This document shows, one piece after another, positions 25,301-31,972 of a stretch of DNA of 50,624 bases. Made by a program: the position numbers and the translations under genes. Each line of letters begins with the position of its first letter. Position 1 is the first letter of the stretch. The notes under the pieces are model-generated. The model made no database searches, was not told the origin of the DNA, and was given only the letters and a program-made list of their open reading frames with translations. Source of the stretch: Bacillota bacterium (lineage in GTDB: Bacteria; Bacillota; DTU030); assembly GCA_012523785.1 (NCBI GenBank), contig JAAYTH010000047.1:1-50624 (forward strand). The letters run 5' to 3'.

Positions 25301-25865
25301 TGCGGTAAGTGGTAAGAATTCGATTTCACAAATTGTTAAAATTGAGCTTCTCCCGGATTCCGACATTGCCGGACATTGGGCGGAAGAGAGTATTAAGAAA
25401 TTGATGGACAGGGGAGTAATAGAAGGCTATCCCGATGGCACCTTTAGGCCAGAAGAAAACATAACCCGGGCTGAGTTTGCTGCTTTACTAGTAAAAGCCT
25501 TTGGACTTGACGTCTCCGGTGAAAAGGTATTTGCTGACACAGCTGGCCATTGGGCTCAAAGTATCATCTCTACGGCTGAATACCATGACATCGTATCCGG
25601 TTATGATGAAAATACCTTTGGACCCAATGATCCGGTTACCCGGCAAGAAGTGGCAGTAATGATTGTCCAGGCGGCTCAACTAGATCCAAAGGCTAACTTA
25701 CCGGCCTTTGCCGATGCTGACAGCATTTCTCCCTGGGCTAAAGATGCCATTGCCCGGGCGACGGCAGCTGGGGTCATCAAGGGATATCCCGACGAAACCT
25801 TCCAGCCCCAAGGAAAAGCCAGCCGGGCAGAGGCGGTCACGGTTTTAGTCAATTGCTTGGGCTAG
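22377..25865 (+). CDS. 1162-aa SLH-anchored multi-module surface protein: DUF4430-like domain, then 4 similar plus 1 divergent SUOX-fold molybdopterin-binding-like modules, then 3 SLH domains
   Basis: I moved the start to the ATG at 22377, which has AGGAGG 7 nt upstream; the track start is 22284. Signal peptide: VLSLILGLLLLLSGAGQLTVLPARAAG. The DUF4430-like stretch (about 22494-22835) ends GYWYAYVNGAYKDGFNNPAGALNLIKLTNGDEVEFYYA. The repeated modules lie at about 22968-23411, 23427-23870, 23895-24308 and 24912-25352. A divergent module lies at about 24324-24902. Each module starts W(T/N)L.L.G and ends HWPLRLVGP or SWPLRLVGD ...VGNIVKI. SLH repeats run from 25362 (HWAEESIKKLMDRGVIEGYPDGTFRPEENITRAEF ...). 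Confidence 0.85.
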   Translation: MPKKVNRISVQKVLSLILGLLLLLSGAGQLTVLPARAAGMEVLYEGRIDLPAGETFAVTAYNSGVSYTVDMDTPLGALQIAGDLAGFEYDVTDKNIDASGALLLDNVGQYERKPGYWYAYVNGAYKDGFNNPAGALNLIKLTNGDEVEFYYAADVKGKEEDLAAVQGAAIAAVIAHIGTDGAAVTDTGEKTDVDVTQDDWTLQLSGAREETVSRSYFEEGLACHSSHQVFWTDEDGNEWGGVPLWLLVAMVDDDPDEGSAHYNFNDELANEGYTIDVIAGDGWKATLASADIARDDGYIIANTLNGKPLPKETPGGKDCWPLHLKGEKIFGGQQVGNIVRIELTGLPKPVEGWTLELVGKVGDSITQEEFEKGQVCIGTKDHYAEWTDNEGKVWSGTPLWILAGAVDDIEESTHWTFNDVVAQEGYTIRVEAEDGFSRTFSSQDVARSGDYIVADRVDGKPLSAKHWPLRLVGPGVTKEDGSLGGAAVGNIVKITIPELLTPAAEGGSWNLTLTGAIDYIMSQAEFEEGLACHKKEWIDAEGQVWSGMPLWYLAGWVDDKVPHDFNVNLANAGYTIHVKAEDGYTKDFASQDVAKSSDYILANEVDGEPLTESWPLRLVGDGVATDGSLGGHSVGGVATVALTDFEAETPVPEIRIIKYGEDGQTVLAEETVTYQWMEENLEVIGDGKTVYRYEGIIFDPEDEWGDNIAVPKDFKIENAVKGTRVKDLVELVGGMGAGTEIVFVAKDGWETRLPYSSIYTDPMVQERQGDAILAWYSDGEYVPDYAGIRLFFTPGGDHIYRQKDMRDTLPEAYWHYYGKGGTLLPSCAGLSAKWLAEVWVYSMPEKDWTLKLDGREIGGLEYEVSKTYWEQGLTCQFGANHKSSYTDDKGRVWEGMSLWLLAGFVDDEDQHSDHAFNTALAEAGYNILLTAADGHSVTVHSTDIIRNKDYIVASMLDGRAMSEDDKHWPLRLVGPAVSGKNSISQIVKIELLPDSDIAGHWAEESIKKLMDRGVIEGYPDGTFRPEENITRAEFAALLVKAFGLDVSGEKVFADTAGHWAQSIISTAEYHDIVSGYDENTFGPNDPVTRQEVAVMIVQAAQLDPKANLPAFADADSISPWAKDAIARATAAGVIKGYPDETFQPQGKASRAEAVTVLVNCLG

Positions 25866-25904
25866 ATGCAAAAGGCAAGCAGTAGGGTTTTATGCTAAAG
25901 GATG

Positions 25905-25949
25905 ATTGGGCAAAACTTCAGGGGCTTAGGCAACTATGTTTTGCCCAAT
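25905..25949 (+). terminator. Long-stem hairpin between the giant surface-protein gene and the phosphoesterase gene; a possible internal terminator or processing site
   Basis: ATTGGGCAAAAC (25905-25916) and GTTTTGCCCAAT (25938-25949) form a perfect 12-bp stem with a 21-nt loop. The trailing sequence TGTTACAT is not a clean U-tract, so terminator function is uncertain. Confidence 0.3.
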
Positions 25950-26019
25950 TGTTACATAAAAAGTAGTGCCATTATTCGGTAATGCCCCTGATATTATCTA
26001 GAATAAAAGGAGTAAAAAA

Positions 26020-27423
26020 ATGAAGTGCAGGGAATTTATCTTTAACATCTGCCGGGACAGGGCCGGCCCAGTGATTGTCCTGCTGGTGTATTTCTTACTG
26101 TTGACCAATCCTATTCCGGTGGCAGCAGGATGTGGGCACAATGCTGGCCGGGCTGACCATATTCTTCTTTCTTGGACTGGGGATCCCTTGACCACGCAGA
26201 CTATTTCCTGGCAGGCCGGGGCGGGAAGCGGCCAAGATTCCCTCCAATATATTGCCGCCGCCAAATATGACGGTACTTTTTCCGATGTTGGGAAAGTGAA
26301 GGGAAAGGGAAGCCCCCTTGATAAGGACTATTGGCGCTTTACAGTAACCCTAAGGGGTTTATTACCTAAAACCGAATATCTTTATAGGGTCGGCGGGGAA
26401 GGGGATTGGAGTGAACCTGCCTCTTTCACCACCGCCGCACCGGAGGATCGTTTTTCCTTTCTTTATATGGGGGATGTCCAAGAAGGTTATGAAGATTGGG
26501 GTGACATGTTGGCCCAAGTTTGGAAGGAAAATCCCCAACTCCGGTTTGTCCTTATGGGTGGCGACCTGGTGGATAAGGGAAATGATTTAAGTGAATGGCA
26601 GCAATTTTTAACTGCCGCCGGGCCCGTTTTTAGGAGCCTACCCCTACTAGCGGCGGTAGGAAACCACGATGATACAAACCTATTCCGGACCCTTTTTGCC
26701 TTACCTACCAATGGGCCCAAGGGGCATGAGGGGACTGTCTATTCCTTTGACTATGGTAATTGCCATATCACGGTATTGAATAGCAATTGCATGGGCATTC
26801 CCGGTACCCTGGGTTTTGATGACTTGGCCCATTGGCTGCGGCAGGATTTAGCCTCCAGCCGGCAGACCTGGAAGTTTGTGGTTTTTCACCATCCCCCCTA
26901 CCAGGTGGTTCAAAACTGGCGGGGAGAACACCTGCAAAAGAACTGGGTACCTTTTTTGGAGGAAGGTGGTGTGGACCTGGTCTTTAGTGGCCACCAACAT
27001 GTTTACATGCGGACAAAACCACTATGGGAAGGTTGTATTCAGCCCGAGGGGCAGGGTATTGTCTATGTAATGGGCAATTCAGGCACTAAATACTATGGGC
27101 CCGGCCCTGATCAGGACTATATTACTCAGCAGGTGGCCTGGGTAAGCAATTACCAGTTGATTGAGATTGACGGCAACACTTTATATATGACGGCCAAGGC
27201 TGCTTCGGGTGAGGTAATAGATACCTACAGGATAGTAAAGGGGAGCGGGGTCGTTGACAATCGCAATGATGAAATTTGCCCCGCCGGTTTTAGGTATTAT
27301 TTCATCCCCTGGTGGCTATTACACCCTGTAAAGACTCCTATTGACTATGCCGCCGTCCTTACACAGGCTAATGCGATTATAAGCGCTAACTTGGAGGGTT
27401 TCCCCAGCTATTTTACAAATTGA
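26020..27423 (+). CDS. Secreted or membrane-anchored purple-acid-phosphatase-like metallophosphoesterase
   Basis: 467 aa. RBS AAAGGAG. N-terminal hydrophobic segment GPVIVLLVYFLLLTNPIPVAAGCG. A PAP N-terminal Fn3-like part follows (ILLSWTGDPLTTQTISWQ...YLYRVGG...WSEPASFTTA). The metallophosphatase motifs are FLYMGDVQ, MGGDLVDKG, AVGNHD, VVFHHPPY, SGHQHVY. Confidence 0.8.
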   Translation: MKCREFIFNICRDRAGPVIVLLVYFLLLTNPIPVAAGCGHNAGRADHILLSWTGDPLTTQTISWQAGAGSGQDSLQYIAAAKYDGTFSDVGKVKGKGSPLDKDYWRFTVTLRGLLPKTEYLYRVGGEGDWSEPASFTTAAPEDRFSFLYMGDVQEGYEDWGDMLAQVWKENPQLRFVLMGGDLVDKGNDLSEWQQFLTAAGPVFRSLPLLAAVGNHDDTNLFRTLFALPTNGPKGHEGTVYSFDYGNCHITVLNSNCMGIPGTLGFDDLAHWLRQDLASSRQTWKFVVFHHPPYQVVQNWRGEHLQKNWVPFLEEGGVDLVFSGHQHVYMRTKPLWEGCIQPEGQGIVYVMGNSGTKYYGPGPDQDYITQQVAWVSNYQLIEIDGNTLYMTAKAASGEVIDTYRIVKGSGVVDNRNDEICPAGFRYYFIPWWLLHPVKTPIDYAAVLTQANAIISANLEGFPSYFTN

Positions 27424-27494
27424 TCTTTCGATCAGATGGGCTCCTCCCTATATGTTTTTAAATGTGTTATTTCCCAAGTATGGGGGTTAAGGAT

Positions 27495-28046
27495 ATGCAA
27501 GCACTTATTTTTCGCCAGAAAACATTTGCCTACCTACTTCTCCTTATATTTTGCTTTTGGGGTAACGGCTGTGGCCCAGTAGAAGATCATCCCCCGGGGG
27601 CCGTTATTATCGAAGGAGTTGGTGTAGAAAGTACAGTATCCTTCACTTTGGAAGAATTAAAGGCCTTGGAAGATGGCCTGGTGGAGGCTGATTACTATGC
27701 CCTTAATTCCTATGGCACCGAGGGGCGTTTCCACTTTAAGGGTATTTGGGTATGGCATATAATAGAGAAAATGGTAAATTTGCAGGATGATGCGGCGGTA
27801 GTCAACTTCATTGGCCAGGATGATTACCAGGTGGAGTTTACCCTGGAAGATGTAAAAAAGGAAGATTATATAGATGAAGGGGACCCGGCAGTAAAACACA
27901 AGATGATCATAGCATGGGAAGAAGATGGAGTAGAGTATGATCCTAGCCGAGGCAATCCCTTCCAGCTGGTGGTTGGCCAGCGGGAACCCGGGGATGTGAA
28001 TAGGCCCTACTGGGTGCGAAATCTCAAAATTATTCGTATAGATTAG
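27495..28046 (+). CDS. Small lipoprotein consisting of a single SUOX-fold molybdopterin-binding-like domain
   Basis: The start is uncertain (27462, 27480 or 27495). The signal and lipobox region is AYLLLLIFCFWGNGCGP. Domain pattern: VIIEGVGVESTVSFTLEELKAL...FKGIWVWHIIEKM...VNFIGQDDYQVEF...MIIAWEEDGVEY...NPFQLVVGQREPGDVNRPYWVRNLKIIRI. Confidence 0.75.
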   Translation: MQALIFRQKTFAYLLLLIFCFWGNGCGPVEDHPPGAVIIEGVGVESTVSFTLEELKALEDGLVEADYYALNSYGTEGRFHFKGIWVWHIIEKMVNLQDDAAVVNFIGQDDYQVEFTLEDVKKEDYIDEGDPAVKHKMIIAWEEDGVEYDPSRGNPFQLVVGQREPGDVNRPYWVRNLKIIRID

Positions 28047-28244
28047 TAGTTACTAGCCCGTGGTGTTTATAAAATCATCGCTTACAAAGTATCTAAACCA
28101 TACTATAAACCGACCTAATTATCGTTATGCAAAGATCCTTTGCTTCCTTCAATCTGGTACTAAGGGTTATACCCAGTAGTGGCAATTAGTACTACAGGGC
28201 TTGAAATCTATAGAAGATGGCTATCTAGGCTGGGGGGTAATATT

Positions 28245-29315
28245 GTGGAAGTAACAAAAAATCACCCAAAATACTACCTGGGCAATAGAGATCTGTTGAT
28301 CATTGCCGTATTAAGCGGTATTGGTGGGGTGATGAGTACCTATGTAGGCTATTTGGGCAACCTGATAAACCAAGTTTTTGGTGTACCCTTTGGTGCAGGG
28401 CAATTTGCTTCGGGGTTACATGTCTTTTGGTTTATTTTAGTGGCCGGGTTGGTAAAAAAGCCCGGTGCTGCCAGTGCCGCGGGCCTTCTTAAGGGTATTA
28501 TTGAGCTATTGACCGGCAGCACCCATGGTGTGGCCATTGTTTTGGTTTCCCTAGTTCAGGGGCTGTTGATTGATCTGGTTCTTTTTCTCTTCAGGCACCC
28601 TAGTATGGTCAGTTACATGCTGGCCGGCGGCATTTCCGCCGCTTCTAATGTTTTTATCTTTCAACTTCTTTATTTTTCTGGGGCACCTATTACATATATT
28701 ATTTTTATCGGCTCCCTAGCCTTTGTTTCTGGTATTCTCTTGGCTGGCAGTTTTGGGTGGAGTGTTTTGGATGTGGTACTGCAAGCCAGGCCCTATCGCA
28801 TTTCTGCCAGGGAAGAAAACAGCATAATTGCTCCTGATAAAGGAGTTAAAACAGCCCCCTCCACCATTAAAGTTGTTAGCACCTTCCTTTTGATACTATT
28901 ATTGGCTGGGGGGGCGGTATACTATTTTGCCCTTGTTTTTGAACCACCTTGGATTGCCCCCCTCATTCAAGTAGAAGGGGCAGTAGAAAAGACCATTTCC
29001 CTTCCCCTGGAACACTTTACCTCCCATGAAACAACGATTAGGGCCGAATTGCAGGGCCAGGTCAAATATGTCCCCCCCCAAGAATATACGGGGATTCCCG
29101 TCTATGCCATATTACAAGAATCAGTACCCTCAAGTGAAGCTACGAAACTCAAGGTTATGGCTTCTGATGGCTATATGGTGGAGTTTGATTTGATAAAGGT
29201 GTTAAATGATAACCAGATGCTCCTCATCCGTGAAGGGGATAGCCTACGGCTAATAGCCGGAAATTATGAGGGAGGCCGTTGGGTAAGGATGGTAAACAAG
29301 TTTATTATAGAGTAA
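28245..29315 (+). CDS. ECF-transporter substrate-specific (S) component fused, through an extra TM helix, to a C-terminal extracytoplasmic SUOX-fold molybdopterin-binding-like domain
   Basis: The start is ambiguous: GTG at 28245 with GGGGGG 7 nt upstream, versus the track start at 28179. There are about 6 hydrophobic helices in S-component style (LLIIAVLSGIGGVMSTYVGYL; GLHVFWFILVAGLV; AIVLVSLVQGLLIDLVLFLF; MLAGGISAASNVFIFQLLYF; ITYIIFIGSLAFVSGILLAG). A seventh helix follows (VVSTFLLILLLAGGAVYYFALVF). The soluble domain lies at about 28965-29312: IQVEGAVEKTISLPLEHF...YTGIPVYAILQE...KVMASDGYMVEFD...LRLIAGNYEGGRWVRMVNKFII. The gene is immediately followed by EcfA-A and EcfT genes. Confidence 0.7.
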   Translation: MEVTKNHPKYYLGNRDLLIIAVLSGIGGVMSTYVGYLGNLINQVFGVPFGAGQFASGLHVFWFILVAGLVKKPGAASAAGLLKGIIELLTGSTHGVAIVLVSLVQGLLIDLVLFLFRHPSMVSYMLAGGISAASNVFIFQLLYFSGAPITYIIFIGSLAFVSGILLAGSFGWSVLDVVLQARPYRISAREENSIIAPDKGVKTAPSTIKVVSTFLLILLLAGGAVYYFALVFEPPWIAPLIQVEGAVEKTISLPLEHFTSHETTIRAELQGQVKYVPPQEYTGIPVYAILQESVPSSEATKLKVMASDGYMVEFDLIKVLNDNQMLLIREGDSLRLIAGNYEGGRWVRMVNKFIIE

Positions 29316-29366
29316 GTAAACAAAAATCAGCCTAACTCCTTTTTCAAGCTAAGGGAGGGAATTGAT

Positions 29367-30905
29367 ATGACAATGCCCCTCGTAGCCATCAATAATTTAT
29401 CCTTCACCTACAATGGCACTGTCTCTCCTGTACTGAGGAACATTAACCTGCAGGTATACCCGGGGCAATTTTTAACCATAACTGGTCCCAGCGGCTGTGG
29501 AAAATCCACCCTGGCCCTCTGCTTGGCGGGTTTTATTCCCCATGCCTATCCGGGAAAAATGACCGGCAGCATTCACATACAGGGGAAGGATACCCGGGAT
29601 TATCCGGCCGGAGGTTTATCGGGTATTGTGGGCCTGGTGCAGCAAGATCCGGAGGCTCAACTTTGTACCTTGACGGTAAAGGATGAAATAGCCTTTGGCC
29701 CGGAAAATCTTTGTTTGCCACCGAAGGTGATAAGAAAGCGGGTTTTAAGCGCCCTGGAAGCTGTGGGAGCTAAAGATTTGCTTGCCAGGAAGGTTCATAC
29801 CCTTTCTGGGGGTGAAAAACAGCGAATAGCCATTGCCTCAGTGCTGGCTATGAATCCTTCCCTTTTGATCTTGGATGAACCGACGGCAAATCTGGACCCT
29901 TCCTGTACCAGGGAGGTATTGCTTACTTTGGGGGAACTAAAGGGAAGGCAGAAAACTGCCATTATAGTCCTAGAACATCGAATAGATAGGTTAGCCGGTA
30001 TTACCGATAGACTTTTTTATATGGATAAAGGAAGATTATTCACGGCCCGGGGTCCGGATAAATTCAAAAAAAAATATGTACCCAGCAAAAGGCGCCACGG
30101 GCCCATGTCAGCTGGGGTCCAGGTTGCAAATAAGACTAATGCAAGCAATAACAATAAAGTGCTTCCCCTATTGACAGTGGAAAATTTGCGGGCTGGCTAT
30201 GCTGCTAGGGACGTTTTTAGCGATCTCAGTTTTTCCATTTATTCCGGGGAAACCCTGGCCCTTATGGGGGATAACGGTAGTGGCAAAACCACACTTTTAT
30301 TGGCATTGTTGGGTCTTTTGCATAATACAGGGGGCAGTATATACTTTAGGGGCGAAAATATAACCAAAATGAAGGCCTCCCAGCGGGCCCGGGAGATGGG
30401 CCTAGTTTTCCAAAACCCTAACCACCAGATATTTGCTCCTACTGTTACTGAAGAAGCAATGCTGCCTTCCCTTTATTTAAGCCCGGAAACGCCGGGGCAA
30501 ATCAAAGGCAAGGTTAAAAAGCTGCTGGGGGAATTTGAACTATTAAAGTATGAAAATCTTAATCCCTTTACCCTGAGTTTGGGGGAGAAAAAAAGACTTA
30601 CTCTCCTTTCGGTCCTGGCCTATGCACCGTCCCTTTTACTTTTGGATGAACCCCTTGTGGGGCAGGATAGCCGGCGACTGGGGATTTTTTTCGCTGCTTT
30701 ACAAAAGCACCGGCACCGGGGAGGAGGGGCATTGATGATCTGCCATGAACCAGAGGTGGTTCATTCTTGCTGCCAAAGGGTTTTGTTTTTGGAGCAGGGT
30801 AAATTGCTCATTAATGCCCCGGTAAAGGAAGCCTTTTGCCAATTGGAAAAAATGGGGCGCGGGGAATATTTGCCCTTACAGGCCGAGGGGAAGTGGGGGG
30901 AGTGA
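29367..30905 (+). CDS. ECF transporter ATPase, fused tandem EcfA-EcfA' (two ABC nucleotide-binding domains)
   Basis: 512 aa. RBS GGGAGGG. The first domain has GPSGCGKST, LSGGEKQR and LLILDEP. The second domain has GDNGSGKTT, LSLGEKKR and LLLLDEP. Confidence 0.9.
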   Translation: MTMPLVAINNLSFTYNGTVSPVLRNINLQVYPGQFLTITGPSGCGKSTLALCLAGFIPHAYPGKMTGSIHIQGKDTRDYPAGGLSGIVGLVQQDPEAQLCTLTVKDEIAFGPENLCLPPKVIRKRVLSALEAVGAKDLLARKVHTLSGGEKQRIAIASVLAMNPSLLILDEPTANLDPSCTREVLLTLGELKGRQKTAIIVLEHRIDRLAGITDRLFYMDKGRLFTARGPDKFKKKYVPSKRRHGPMSAGVQVANKTNASNNNKVLPLLTVENLRAGYAARDVFSDLSFSIYSGETLALMGDNGSGKTTLLLALLGLLHNTGGSIYFRGENITKMKASQRAREMGLVFQNPNHQIFAPTVTEEAMLPSLYLSPETPGQIKGKVKKLLGEFELLKYENLNPFTLSLGEKKRLTLLSVLAYAPSLLLLDEPLVGQDSRRLGIFFAALQKHRHRGGGALMICHEPEVVHSCCQRVLFLEQGKLLINAPVKEAFCQLEKMGRGEYLPLQAEGKWGE

Positions 30906-31792
30906 ATTTACACCTTAAAGGCAAATATAAAACCTTACTCCCAAAAGCAAAACAAAAAGACATTTATCCCGGTTTGACCTATGTCGATAACCCATCCCGG
31001 ATTCACTCTTTGCACCCCCTTATCAAGTTGGCCTTGCTGTTTTGCTTTGGTATAATGGTTTTTGCCGTTTCCACGGTTATGGGTCAGGTTCTTCTCTTTT
31101 GCCTGCTTTTAACCGCCTGTCTCCTGGCCCAATTGGGTAGCTCTTTTTTCCTTCGCAGATTGAGATTTATTTTTATATTTTGTTTTTTTATCTTCCTGGT
31201 CCAAGCCCTGACGGTAAAAGAAGGCTTTTTGATCTGGCGTTTTTCCCTCGGCTACTTTCACCTATCTTTATGGTCAAAGGGGCCCTGGGAAGGTTTACGA
31301 ATGGCAATGCGTTTTATCAATATTATCGGCTCTAGTTTCTTGTTTGTGGCCACTACAGATCCTAATAGGTTGGCCTATGCCCTAATGCAGGTTGGACTTC
31401 CATATCGCCATGGCTTTGCCCTCATAACAGCCCTCCGTTTTATCCCGGTTTTTCATCTGGAGTTGGAGCAGGTAAAAAATGCCCAAGCGGCCAAGGGTAT
31501 AGAGCTGGAAGGACTTTCACCTAAGCAACTGCTGCGAGCCCTCAAATATATTTTGCTCCCCCTGGTTGTCTCTAGTTTGAGCCGGGTGGATAATTTGACC
31601 CTTTCCATGGAGGGCCGGGCCTTTGGTTTACACCCCCAAAGGACTTATATGCACTCCCAAGTATTATCAGAGAAAGAAAAAATAGTGCTTTTTATGATTC
31701 CGCCCGCATTTTTGCTTCTATATTTTATTTGTAATTGCCCGGCAGCGCTCCTTAATACCATCCTGAATATTGCAAAGTCCCTTTGGCACTGA
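30902..31792 (+). CDS. ecfT: ECF transporter transmembrane T component (EcfT/CbiQ family)
   Basis: The GTG at 30902 overlaps the TGA of the ATPase gene (GTGA), and the track start at 30836 is probably too early. The protein is multi-TM with the two coupling-helix-type motifs VKNAQAAKGIE and LSMEGRAFG (the AxxxRG pattern). Confidence 0.85.
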   Translation: MNLHLKGKYKTLLPKAKQKDIYPGLTYVDNPSRIHSLHPLIKLALLFCFGIMVFAVSTVMGQVLLFCLLLTACLLAQLGSSFFLRRLRFIFIFCFFIFLVQALTVKEGFLIWRFSLGYFHLSLWSKGPWEGLRMAMRFINIIGSSFLFVATTDPNRLAYALMQVGLPYRHGFALITALRFIPVFHLELEQVKNAQAAKGIELEGLSPKQLLRALKYILLPLVVSSLSRVDNLTLSMEGRAFGLHPQRTYMHSQVLSEKEKIVLFMIPPAFLLLYFICNCPAALLNTILNIAKSLWH

Positions 31793-31903
31793 CCCGTAAA
31801 GTTCTTTTGTTCTTAAGTTATCTTTCGTTGACATGTAGAAGGGATGAAAGCCGGGGCTCCTTAACAGCAATGAAATTGACACCCTATTTCCTCCGGAGCA
31901 AGC

Positions 31904-31942
31904 AAAAGAGGGTTATAGACAAAGCGTCTATAGCCCTCTTTT
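31904..31942. terminator. Bidirectional intrinsic terminator between convergent ecfT and the symporter gene
   Basis: AAAAGAGGGTTATAGAC (31904-31920), loop AAAGC, GTCTATAGCCCTCTTTT (31926-31942). The stem is 17 bp with one G-U pair. A-runs and T-runs flank both sides. Confidence 0.8.
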
Positions 31943-31972
31943 CATTGGCAGTTCTAATAGCCTGGCGGACTT

